From positions 1,116,001-1,180,000 of the forward strand of contig OZ237742.1 in assembly GCA_965178125.1 (NCBI GenBank): a DNA stretch of 64,000 nucleotides, read 5' to 3'. Each line of letters starts with the position of its first letter. The stretch's first letter is position 1. The translations under genes and the position numbers were made by a program. This document shows, one piece after another, positions 13,209 through 24,793 of the stretch. The notes below the pieces were generated by a model. That model searched no databases. It saw only the letters and a list, made by a program, of their open reading frames with translations, and had not been told where the DNA came from. Origin of the DNA: Bilabrum cf. latius (Eukaryota).

Positions 13209-13322
13209 CGTCTAAATGAAGATCTAGCCGACATTGTCGGAGCTAACAGCTGCCAAACGTTGCGGTCCGTTCGTGGGACAGAATCATCGAACCTTCGGAA
13301 GTAGTTCGCTACTGCGCAAGGC

Positions 13323-13662
13323 TGATGGCGCTTATCTGGTTACGTCCGACACAGTCACTAGTAGCAATCATCCCTCATCTCGGCCACGCTTGCCCTCCGG
13401 CTCGCGTGACCGTGCTCCGTTCATCCTCGCTCTCGTCTCCTGCTCGCCTCGCCTCGTTCTCGGTATCAGTCGCACGTCGTCGTCATTCTCCTACTTCTCT
13501 CCTCCTTCCGTGGCGCTGTGGTATTGGCTGGTGTTGCCCTGGCCGCTGGGTAGGTGGATCGGACCATTCACGCCACTTTGGGGACGGCCTACCACTTGGT
13601 CAGGGAACAACACTGGGCCCCCCCTTGGTGGTTCGCCCATCGAACCGCCGCAGGGACACCCA
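13323..13662. repeat. Terminal direct repeat A, copy 1 (340 bp)
   Basis: Appears identical to 15408-15747 (TGATGGCGCTTATC...CAGGGACACCCA). Confidence 0.95.
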
Positions 13663-14327
13663 CGCCGCCTCCGCCTAGGAGGGGCATCCACGCAAAAAGA
13701 AAAGAAGTTTTCTCGATCGAGATAGGCATGTCGACTCGCACATCCCGCACAGCCCACCACGCCCGGGGCGGTCCTGTATGCTCGTCCACTGCCCATCACA
13801 GTCGCAATCCGGCTCGCTCCTATTCAGGCAACCCTTGCCTTACCCTTCGTGAGGATCCGAGGTCCGGCTGCCGTCCACGCCTTTCGGTGTCTCTTGCAGC
13901 AAACGGGCGTCCTCGCCCGAGCGATTCGCTGTGCTGGAACGCCCCGCTCTCTCGGTGGGTGTCGCCGGTGCGACTGTCCCAAGGTCGGTCCGAGATCCAG
14001 GCTCTCCTCTCGGCTGTGCAGGTCCACCTCGTCCCCCTTCGGCTACGGAGCCATCCAACGGACGAGAGTGCCCTGTGCCTGCCGCCAGCGCTTTCCTACT
14101 TCCTTCCACAAGGTGCTCCACTATGGGGGATTTTGCGGCACGGACCACACCTATGCTTCCAGTCCCGTGGTCAAGATCAACAGGTCCTCACTTGCCACAT
14201 TGCAGTTCCACGCTGTGCCGCTACCGGGCGAATAGGGTGACGCACGCTTGGTGTGTCGCCGGTCGCCTGAAGTTCGGACTTCAGGTCCCCGACCCCTATC
14301 CGTATCCCACGCTCACATGACTCAGCC

Positions 14328-14823
14328 AGTCCCTGGCCCCCTACGCCATCCGCTTGCAAACCCGTGCTGAACAGTGAAGTACAAGCACCAGGGGTGACCA
14401 CGGAGTCACACCCTGGCTGATGACGAAGGATGGAGGCTCCCTGCCTCACCAGCAGCTCCGTGCGATCCTGGATGGCCATTCCTGCACGGTCCTACTGGCC
14501 CTGTTCCGTTGCCCTCCGCAACGACTCGACGACAGCTCCGCCTAACGGAGTCAGACCCGGGTCACCGGAACCTGTTCTTGAATGATGTTTTGGTTCCCAC
14601 ATCATGGTCCCACGGGGACTCAAGCCTAGTCCCTGGCCCCCTACGCCATCCGCTTGCAAACCCGTGCTGAACAGTGAAGTACAAGCACCAGGGGTGACTA
14701 CGTAGTCACACCCTGGCTGATGACGAAGGGTGGAGGCTCCCTGCCTCACCGGCGGGTCCGTGCAATCCTGGATATCCATTCCTGCACGGTCCTACTGGCC
14801 CTGCTCCGTTGCCGTCCGCAACG
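14328..14823. repeat. ~196-bp near-identical duplication with 300-bp period (14328-14523 and 14628-14823)
   Basis: AGTCCCTGGCCCCCTACGCCATCC...TCCGCAACG occurs twice with scattered substitutions. Confidence 0.9.
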
Positions 14824-15257
14824 TCTCGGCCCTCGTCCCCGTCTGATCCTGGTCAGCTGATAATGCACAATCTGCCTCGCTATTTTGCGAGATGTGGAAG
14901 GGGTTGGTTACATAGGTAGTGGGGGCAGGGGAGAGGTTAGTTCCCATTGTTGGACCCCGCTGCGCTCGTGCTCGCTGCGTCATCGCGGGTACCTGCTACT
15001 TACTTGCTGCCTGGCCCAGACTTGGGCCACGTCCGGATAACTTCGCTATTGCTCCCAATTATCAGCCTATCGAAAGGCAGCAGTCAGGTGGCCTGACTCG
15101 TCGGTTTCCTCTAGATGGCCCGTCGTATCTCGCGCATGTCCTGCGCCCAAGTCCCACCGCGTCTGTCACGCTGGCCTCTCGCTCTCGTCCCTTCTCCCCC
15201 CCCTGCCCCCCAGGACTTCATGGGGGGAGGAGGTCTCGCATGAGAATCGAATTTTTT

Positions 15258-15407
15258 GAAATTTTTCTCTGTTCTCCTTTCTTCTCGGATTCCACTCGTG
15301 ATGCTCGCTTCTTCGCGTTCGTGGTGCGCGGATCGTATACCAGTATTGGCACGCTATCACTGGTCTTGGAGCTCTTATCCCGGAACTAGTAGTATACCAA
15401 TGGCACA
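15258..15407. repeat. Direct repeat B, copy 1 (150 bp)
   Basis: Appears identical to 21183-21332 (GAAATTTTTCTCTG...CCAATGGCACA). Confidence 0.95.
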
Positions 15408-15747
15408 TGATGGCGCTTATCTGGTTACGTCCGACACAGTCACTAGTAGCAATCATCCCTCATCTCGGCCACGCTTGCCCTCCGGCTCGCGTGACCGTGC
15501 TCCGTTCATCCTCGCTCTCGTCTCCTGCTCGCCTCGCCTCGTTCTCGGTATCAGTCGCACGTCGTCGTCATTCTCCTACTTCTCTCCTCCTTCCGTGGCG
15601 CTGTGGTATTGGCTGGTGTTGCCCTGGCCGCTGGGTAGGTGGATCGGACCATTCACGCCACTTTGGGGACGGCCTACCACTTGGTCAGGGAACAACACTG
15701 GGCCCCCCCTTGGTGGTTCGCCCATCGAACCGCCGCAGGGACACCCA
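15408..15747. repeat. Direct repeat A, copy 2
   Basis: Matches 13323-13662 and directly follows B1. Confidence 0.95.
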
Positions 15748-15942
15748 TTGGCCCAGAAATAGCCCCTGGCATTGCCAGTCCATCCATTGCTAGGAAGAGG
15801 CCCATGTAGGGTGCCAAATCCCACAGATGCAAGATGGCACCTCCACATGAATATAAAAGGATGCATATCAATAATAGAAATCAAAATCAAAATCAAGCGG
15901 GTCATGCAGTCCATTCCCCTTTTACAACAGAGCAGAGAATGC

Positions 15943-18900
15943 ATGCTGGTGCAGCTCGCGCCGCTCAGTCCTCCCCGCTGACCCACGCCCAAGGCGGACA
16001 AGGTCAACGAAGGAAGCCCAGGCAGCGAGCGCCGCACAAGCAAAACCAAACAGCACAATGCAGAGATGCTGGTGCAGCTCGCGCCGCTCAGTCCTCCCCG
16101 CTGACCCACGCCCAAGGCGGACAAGGTCAACGAAGGAAGCCCAGGCAGCGGGCGCCGCACAAGCAAAACCAAACAGCACAATGCAGAGATGCTGGTGCAG
16201 CTCGCGCCGCGCAGTCCTCCCCGCTGACCCACGCCCAAGGCGGACAAGGTCAACGAAGGAAGCCCAGGCAGCGAGCGCCGCACAAGCAAAACCAAACAGC
16301 ACAAATGCAGAGATGCTGGCGCAGCTCGCGCCGCTCAGTCCTCCCCGCTGACCCACGCCCAAGGCGGACAAGGTCAACGAAGGAAGCCCAGGCAGCGGGC
16401 GCCGCACAAGCAAAACCAAACAGCACAATGCCGAGATGCTGGTGCAGCTCGCGCCGCTCAGTCCTCCCCGCTGACCCACGCCCAAGGCGGACAAGGTCAA
16501 CGAAGGAAGCCCAGGCAGCGGGCGCCGCACAAGCAAAACCAAACAGCACAATGCAGAGATGCTGGTGCAGCTCGCGCCGCTCAGTCCTCCCCGCTGACCC
16601 ACGCCCAAGGCGGACAAGGTCAACGAAGGAAGCCCAGGCAGCGAGCGCCGCACAAGCAAAACCAAACAGCACAATGCAGAGATGCTGGTGCAGCTCGCGC
16701 CGCTCAGCCCTCCCCGCTGACCCACGCCCAAGGCGGACAAGGTCAACGAAGGGAGCCCAGGCAGCGAGCGCCGCACACGCCAGCCCAAACAGCACAAATG
16801 CAGAGATGCTGGTGCAGCTCGCGCCGCTCAGTCCTCCCCGCTGACCCACGCCCAAGGCGGACAAGGTCAACGAAGGGAGACCAGGCAGCGAGCGCCGCAC
16901 AAGCAAAACCAAACAGCACAAATGCAGAGATGCTGGTGCAGCTCGCGCCGCTCAGTCCTCCCCGCTGACCCACGCCCAAGGCGGACAAGGTCAACGAAGG
17001 AAGCCCAGGCAGCGAGCGCCGCACAAGCAAAACCAAACAGCACAAATGCAGAGATGCTGGTGCAGCTCGCGCCGCTCAGTCCTCCCCGCTGACCCACGCC
17101 CAAGGCGGACAAGGTCAACGAAGGAAGCCCAGGCAGCGAGCGCCGCACAAGCAAAACCAAACAGCACAATGCAGAGATGCTGGCGCAGCTCGCGCCGCTC
17201 AGTCCTCCCCGCTGACCCACGCCCAAGGCGGACAAGGTCAACGAAGGAAGCCCAGGCAGCGGGCGCCGCACAAGCAAAACCAAACAGCACAATGCAGAGA
17301 TGCTGGTGCAGCTCGCGCCGCTCAGTCCTCCCCGCTGACCCACGCCCAAGGCGGACAAGGTCAACGAAGGAAGCCCAGGCAGCGAGCGCCGCACAAGCAA
17401 AACCAAACAGCACAATGCAGAGATGCTGGTGCAGCTCGCGCCGCTCAGTCCTCCCCGCTGACCCACGCCCAAGGCGGACAAGGTCAACGAAGGAAGCCCA
17501 GGCAGCGAGCGCCGCACAAGCAAAACCAAACAGCACAATGCAGAGATGCTGGTGCAGCTCGCGCCGCTCAGTCCTCCCCGCTGACCCACGCCCAAGGCGG
17601 ACAAGGTCAACGAAGGAAGCCCAGGCAGCGAGCGCCGCACAAGCAAAACCAAACAGCACAATGCAGAGATGCTGGTGCAGCTCGCGCCGCTCAGTCCTCC
17701 CCGCTGACCCACGCCCAAGGCGGACAAGGTCAACGAAGGAAGCCCAGGCAGCGAGCGCCGCACAAGCAAAACCAAACAGCACAATGCAGAGATGCTGGTG
17801 CAGCTCGCGCCGCTCAGTCCTCCCCGCTGACCCACGCCCAAGGCGGACAAGGTCAACGAAGGAAGCCCAGGCAGCGAGTGCCGCACAAGCCAGCCCAAAC
17901 AGCACAAATGCAGAGATGCTGGTGCAGCTCGCGCCGCTCAGTCCTCCCCGCTGACCCACGCCCAAGGCGGACAAGGTCAACGAAGGAAGCCCAGGCAGCG
18001 GGCGCCGCACAAGCAAAACCAAACAGCACAAATGCCGAGATGCTGGTGCAGCTCGCGCCGCTCAGTCCTCCCCGCTGACCCACGCCCAAGGCGGACAAGG
18101 TCAACGAAGGAAGCCCAGGCAGCGAGCGCCGCACAAGCAAAACCAAACAGCACAATGCAGAGATGCTGGTGCAGCTCGCGCCGCTCAGTCCTCCCCGCTG
18201 ACCCACGCCCAAGGCGGACAAGGTCAACGAAGGGAGACCAGGCAGCGAGCGCCACACAAGCAAAACCAGACAGCACAATGCAGAGATGCTGGTGCAGCTC
18301 GCGCCGCTCAGTCCTCCCCGCTGACCCACGCCCAAGGCGGACAAGGTCAACGAAGGAAGCCCAGGCAGCGAGCGCCGCACAAGCAAAACCAAACAGCACA
18401 AATGCAGAGATGCTGGTGCAGCTCGCGCCGCTCAGTCCTCCCCGCTGACCCACGCCCAAGGCGGACAAGGTCAACGAAGGAAGCCCAGGCAGCGAGCGCC
18501 GCACAAGCAAAACCAAACAGCACAATGCAGAGATGCTGGTGCAGCTCGCGCCGCTCAGTCCTCCCCGCTGACCCACGCCCAAGGCGGACAAGGTCAACGA
18601 AGGGAGACCAGGCAGCGAGCGCCGCACAAGCAAAACCAAACAGCACAATGCAGAGATGCTGGCGCAGCTCGCGCCGCTCAGTCCTCCCCGCTGACCCACG
18701 CCCAAGGCGGACAAGGTCAACGAAGGAAGCCCAGGCAGCGAGCGCCGCACAAGCAAAACCAAACAGCACAATGCAGAGATGCTGGTGCAGCTCGCGCCGC
18801 TCAGTCCTCCCCGCTGACCCACGCCCAAGGCGGACAAGGTCAACGAAGGAAGCCCAGGCAGCGAGCGCCGCACAAGCAAAACCAAACAGCAACAATGCAG

Positions 18901-20908
18901 AGATGCTGGTGCAGCTCGCGCCGCTCAGTCCTCCCCGCTGACCCACGCCCAAGGCGGACAAGGTCAACGAAGGGAGACCAGGCAGCGAGCGCCGCACAAG
19001 CCAGCCCAAACAGCAACAATGCAGAGATGCTGGTGCAGCTCGCGCCGCTCAGTCCTCCCCGCTGACCCACGCCCAAGGCGGACAAGGTCAACGAAGGAAG
19101 CCCAGGCAGCGGGCGCCGCACAAGCAAAACCAAACAGCACAATGCAGAGATGCTGGTGCAGCTCGCGCCGCTCAGTCCTCCCCGCTGACCCACGCCCAAG
19201 GCGGACAAGGTCAACGAAGGAAGCCCAGGCAGCGAGCGCCGCACAAGCAAAACCAAACAGCACAAATGCAGAGATGCTGGTGCAGCTCGCGCCGCTCAGT
19301 CCTCCCCGCTGACCCACGCCCAAGGCGGACAAGGTCAACGAAGGGAGCCCAGGCAGCGAGCGCCACACAAGCAAAACCAAACAGCACAAATGCAGAGATG
19401 CTGGTGCAGCTCGCGCCGCTCAGTCCTCCCCGCTGACCCACGCCCAAGGCGGACAAGGTCAACGAAGGAAGCCCAGGCAGCGAGTGCCGCACAAGCAAAA
19501 CCAAACAGCACAATGCAGAGATGCTGGTGCAGCTCGCGCCGCTCAGTCCTCCCCGCTGACCCACGCCCAAGGCGGACAAGGTCAACGAAGGAAGCCCAGG
19601 CAGCGAGCGCCGCACAAGCAAAACCAAACAGCACAAATGCAGAGATGCTGGTGCAGCTCGCGCCGCGCAGTCCTCCCCGCTGACCCACGCCCAAGGCGGA
19701 CAAGGTCAACGAAGGAAGCCCAGGCAGCGAGTACCACACAAGCCAGCCCAAACAGCAACAATGCAGAGATGCTGGTGCAGCTCGCGCCGCTCAGTCCTCC
19801 CCGCTGACCCACGCCCAAGGCGGACAAGGTCAACGAAGGAAGCCCAGGCAGCGAGCGCCGCACAAGCAAAACCAAACAGCACAAATGCAGAGATGCTGGC
19901 GCAGCTCGCGCCGCTCAGTCCTCCCCGCTGACCCACGCCCAAGGCGGACAAGGTCAACGAAGGAAGCCCAGGCAGCGAGCGCCGCACAAGCAAAACCAAA
20001 CAGCACAAATGCAGAGATGCTGGTGCAGCTCGCGCCGCTTAGTCCTCTACGCTGACCCACGCCCAAGGCGGACAAGGTCAACGAAGGAAGCCCAGGCAGC
20101 GAGCGCCGCACAAGCAAAACCAAACAGCACAATGCAGAGATGCTGGCGCAGCTCGCGCCGCTCAGTCCTCCCCGCTGACCCACGCCCAAGGCGGACAAGG
20201 TCAACGAAGGGAGACCAGGCAGCGAGCGCCGCACAAGCAAAACCAAACAGCACAAATGCAGAGATGCTGGTGCAGCTCGCGCCGCTCAGTCCTCCCCGCT
20301 GACCCACGCCCAAGGCGGACAAGGTCAACGAAGGAAGCCCAGGCAGCGAGCGCCGCACAAGCAAAACCAAACAGCACAATGCAGAGATGCTGGTGCAGCT
20401 CACGCCGCTCAGTCCTCCCCGCTGACCCACGCCCAAGGCGGACAAGGTCAACAAAGGAAGCCCAGGCAGCGAGCGCCACACAAGCAAAACCAAACAGCAC
20501 AAATGCAGAGATGCTGGTGCAGCTCGCGCCGCTCAGTCCTCCCCGCTGACCCACGCCCAAGGCGGACAAGGTCAACGAAGGAAGCCCAGGCAGCGAGCGC
20601 CGCACAAGCAAAACCAAACAGCACAAATGCAGAGATGCTGGTGCAGCTCGCGCCGCTCAGTCCTCCCCGCTGACCCACGCCCAAGGCGGACAAGGTCAAC
20701 GAAGGGAGACCAGGCAGCGGGCGCCGCACAAGCAAAACCAAACAGCACAAATGCAGAGATGCTGGCGCAGCTCGCGCCGCTCAGTCCTCCCCGCTGACCC
20801 ACGCCCAAGGCGGACAAGGTCAACGAAGGGAGCCCAGGCAGCGAGCGCCACACAAGCAAAACCAAACAGCACAATGCAGAGATGCTGGTGCAGCTCGCGC
20901 CGCTCAGT
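15943..20908. repeat. Tandem array of a 123-124-bp unit, ~40 copies
   Basis: Unit ATGCAGAGATGCTGGTGCAGCTCGCGCCGCTCAGTCCTCCCCGCTGACCCACGCCCAAGGCGGACAAGGTCAACGAAGGAAGCCCAGGCAGCGAGCGCCGCACAAGCAAAACCAAACAGCACA(A), with a few recurring variants. Confidence 0.98.
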
Positions 20909-21182
20909 GTTTATTGCCGATCGCGAGGTCCGCGCCCAAGGAGAGAATTCTTAACGGAGGGAGACCACGCCGTGGGCGCTATTTCAACAGTATCATAATT
21001 GCAATTTTTAAGTCCCTCGGATACGGTACCACTATTACTGTTTTGCAGGCTAGCTGTCGCGTGTGTCACTTTAAGGTCTGCTTGCAGTTTGTCGCCGGCC
21101 TCTGACTTGTTTGTCCTGAGGCTTAGCTGGCATCCTGACAAGCTGGCTTAACAGTAACTCCCCATTGATTCCGGTAAGCCTC

Positions 21183-21332
21183 GAAATTTTTCTCTGTTCT
21201 CCTTTCTTCTCGGATTCCACTCGTGATGCTCGCTTCTTCGCGTTCGTGGTGCGCGGATCGTATACCAGTATTGGCACGCTATCACTGGTCTTGGAGCTCT
21301 TATCCCGGAACTAGTAGTATACCAATGGCACA
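21183..21332. repeat. Terminal direct repeat B, copy 2
   Basis: Matches 15258-15407. Confidence 0.95.
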
Positions 21333-21484
21333 GCCAGGAAAACACAGAAACGGCTACAAGCGTGCCAATCCTTTGGAGAGCTATCTGGTCAAATCAAAAT
21401 TTGGAGCATATATCTGAGAAGAACGGAATTCGGGTATATATACATCGAAGTGGGAGGATAATACAGCAAACACGTTGAGAATTG

Positions 21485-23167
21485 ATGGGGCGATTGTACG
21501 GCAGGGAGGGGTACCGGCCCGGCAAAATACTTGCCCAGATAGGAATCATGCAAATCCTTTACTATGGCTCACATAGCCTCGCTCTGATGCTTGCCGGTTT
21601 GCTGACGGGCACTGAGATAACGCTTGACCACATGCTTAGCTGGAAAGTTATCCGATTTAGCTCACTGCATGGAGTGATTGCAGTTGCGGCCGCCCTTGCA
21701 GCAGCAGCCGCATCGGGTTACTGGATTAGCATCGTGGTGGAGCGCGTCAAGAAGGTCGTAGATTTCACCACGACGCTGTACGCGCTGCACCTGGCAGCAG
21801 CTGCCGCGTACGACCTCTCCTTTCCCACGTCTTGGGAATGGTGGCTCGTCACAGTGGTATGCATGGTAGGAACAGCGTGGCTGGGTGACACTTTGTGCAT
21901 TTAGAACGAAATGGAAGACATATCCGTAGATGACATCCTCGAGCAGAGGAGCGGCAAGGCGGCAGGAAGCAGCCGCCGCGAGGGCGCCAAGAGAGCGGGG
22001 AGAAGGTCGTCCGGAGCCGATGGCGCAGGAAAAGGCGACAAGGAAGCGCTGCTGGACGGCCGAGGCCGACCAATGGATGCCGGTGAGCACGACGACGGCG
22101 GCGCCACGGCGGCTGTCGTGCTGCAGGACATGCTGCTATCACCCAGTGCCAGTGCCAGTGCCAGTGCCAGTGCCGGGCAGTCCGTGGGATCCTCTCGTGG
22201 AAGGGAGCCCTCTGTGACGGAGGCCCCTCTGCTCACCGCGGCGGCGCTAGTCGCCCGGGAACAAGGGGGTGTCCGCGGGGGGCCGGGTGCGTCTCGGGGA
22301 GTGGGCGGCAAGGGTCACTCTGGCAGTTACTCCAGCGAAGGGGGTGTTGCGGTCCGTAGGACCAATTCTCGGGCAAGGAGAAACTCTATTGAGCCATCGT
22401 AGCCAGGGAACAACGGAGGAACCGCCATGAACGGCGCGGCGGTTGTAGCGGCCGGCTCCCGTCGCCGCGCCCGCTCCCCTCCGGTGCACAGCAGCCCGCT
22501 CAGCTCTGGCAGCGGGGCTGGTATCGGCTCCGGATCCTCAATGGTTGCGGTTTCGTTGTTCCCCAGGTCCCCCGCCTCCCTGCGGAAGGCGGTGGAGGAG
22601 GGCGCGCCGATGCTGCCGCCGCTGGGCCCGCCCGCCGCCGCGTCCGATGTGACGAGTGCGTCGCCAAGCGGGTCAGCTGCAGCTGCGCACGATTTGGGTG
22701 TGTCGGGGCTGCGCAGAGCACCGCCCCAGTCCCCCCGCACGGGGGTCGGGTCCGGTTCCGGGGCGCGGTCTCTCCTCCACGGCCGTCTTCGCGCCGGTGA
22801 TTGGACGGGTTCCGCAAGCCCGGTGATGGTGCGCGGCGCGTCCACCGGGTCCTCGCAGTCGGGATCTCCGAAGGGGCACCAGGGTGCCGCAATGCGCGGC
22901 GCCCGCGGGGGTGTTCCGCAAGGATCCGTGCTCGCCCACCTTCGGACCCCCACGCAGATGCATCCCAGGCGGCAGCTTCATCCCCCGCCCAGCATGAATG
23001 GGGGTGAGCAGGACGGAATCGGTGGTAGGGACATGGCTGGCACCGCGGTCGCGATTCGCTTCAGCCCAGGCGACGCTCGACGGCGGGACGGCGGCGGCGA
23101 GGGCCCGGGCAGTGCGGCGCTGCTGCCATCGTCTGCAGGGCTGGCGAGCCGGAAGCAGAGGCGATGA
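21485..23167 (+). CDS. SYS1: SYS1-family Golgi membrane protein with a long low-complexity C-terminal extension
   Basis: P..ILAQI..MQ..YY, VERVKKVVDFTTTLY.LHL, FPTSWEWW, LGDTLCI(Q)NEMEDI. TAGs at 21902 and 22400; ends TGA 23167. Confidence 0.85.
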
Positions 23168-23342
23168 TGGGGTACTACTTCCGCGTTGTTGTCATTTAAG
23201 CATGCAATCTGGCTAGTTCGGTTGCGTTTCTGTTGATAGATTCGGAATCCAGATTTTGGTTTGAAATCACACGGTACAAACTCGATTTGCACGGTTTGGC
23301 GATCCCCACAATTGTGGTTCACTTCTTGTTGGAAATTGCAGA

Positions 23343-24706
23343 ATGAGTGGTCGAGCTATAATTGATAGTGATAGTGAAGGCGAAGAGCAGCCTAAAATGC
23401 CAACGTAGTCCGCCCCAGTGGCTGTGTGAGGGATAGTTCTGTGCTTGGCATCGTTTGAGCTGAATCGAGCTTGCGCTGCCTTTCCGGGAGCAAGAATATG
23501 CCATCTTCGATGCTTTCTCCGATTATTACGCGTTGAACTCGCAGACAAGCGTCTTCGTCTGCTCCTGTAGCAGCAATTTCCCAAACCCAAGCAACCCAGT
23601 CTGCGGCGACTGCGAGCTCATCGTCGGCTGCTGCCGCAGCCTCGCCGAAGTCGCCAGTAAAGGCCACTGCGGCACCGAGTACATCAAGTAGCAAGCAATC
23701 CGTATATAAGAAGCCTATATCACCTAAGAAGAGGCCTAGACCGCCGGCAACGGCAGATTCAGATGATGATGACTTTGACAGCGATGATAGCGATGATGAT
23801 GTACCGCTAGCGGCACTAGCTAAGCGAACCGGCGCCGGTGTTGCAATTAAGTCTGGTGTCCCGCAGCGAAAAGTGCCGAAGGCAATCGCGAAACCGAGCC
23901 GACCGGTTCCCAAGCCGCACAAGAGCAAGTCGTCCTCCTCCAGCCGCGACAAGCCGGCCAAGAAGAAGGCACGCACAGAGAAGGACAGGAAATCGCCAAA
24001 GGCCAAAAAGGCCTCTTCTCCCTCCGTCAAGCGCTCCCCGTCCGCCTCGTCTACCTCCTCCTCGGGATCGGGCCCGAAGCGAAGAGCGGACGTGCAGTTC
24101 AGCGACCACGGCGCTCGCCTCTTCGACAAAGCATTTGCTCTGAAACCGCAGGCGGTGGAATCCGTGCTCGTGCGCTGGCAGTACTCGGGCCTCGAGTGGC
24201 CCTGCAAGGAGGTCAGTGATCACAGCGCTCCCGATGGGTACTACGACCTGCCCGGCGTGCCCGGCGTGTCGGTTGGAATCGGGGAAGAGGTCCTGGGCGA
24301 GATCAAGGACATCCGGCCGTCGCCCTCCAAGGCCGCCCCGCGACCCACCTTCAAGTTCCTGTACAGCCTGCCCTCCACCACCCTTGCCGAGCTGTGGGGG
24401 CGGGCGATCCGGAATCAAAAATAGGCCCTGGTCGAGGCGGAGGGCGAGGAGGCCCCTCTGCTGCGGGGCCTGGACCAGGAGCTCAAGCAGGTGGAGCTGT
24501 TTCGAAAGTTCGCGCCTCGGATCGACGCCAAGGCCGAGGAGGCCCACAAGAAGGGCACGGAGGTGTATGGGTTCAAAGGATTGTCCCCAACAGGGGGGGA
24601 GATGGAGCTGGGGAGCGCGGGGAGCAGCACAAGCAGCAGCAACGGGAATGGAAGCGCGAGCAGCAGCAGCAGTGCAGCAGCAGCCGCAGCAGGCGGTGGG
24701 TCGTGA
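23343..24706 (+). CDS. Hypothetical, probably nuclear protein: acidic/Lys-rich N-terminus and a globular C-terminal domain; one intron near 23426-23570 (boundaries approximate)
   Basis: MSGRAIIDSDSEGEE..., DDDVPLAALAKR, KKK-rich region, then VLVRWQYSGLEWP...GYYDLPGVPGV...DIRP...RAIRNQK(Q)AL. TAG at 24422 read through; ends TGA. Confidence 0.65.
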
Positions 24707-24793
24707 AGCAGACCTCGTTTGGATGACTGCTGGCAAAGCAGCGCGATGCGACGCACTTCAAACACCTGATACGTGGTTCTGCCATGCAATTCG

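Larger units (their letters stand above)
13323..21332. mobile_element. Putative non-autonomous element with split direct repeats A1...B1A2...B2 and an internal satellite (PAT/Ngaro/TOC1-like layout, or two head-to-tail elements sharing termini)
   Basis: 340-bp A at 13323-13662 and 15408-15747; 150-bp B at 15258-15407 and 21183-21332; B1 abuts A2. Lies between the divergent RAD17 and SYS1 genes. No recognisable RT/recombinase ORF and no clear TSD. Confidence 0.7.

Noticed and set aside
13323-15747. Classical LTR retrotransposon/TRIM (A repeats begin TG and end CA)
   Set aside because: No matching 4-6-bp TSD (AAGGC vs TTGGC) and no gag/pol. The additional B repeats and the A2/A' homology extending past the CA fit a split-repeat element better.
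15943-20908. CRISPR array or repeat-protein gene
   Set aside because: Units are near-identical along their full length with no unique spacers and no cas genes. Single-base indels shift every frame, so the many ORFs here are artefacts.
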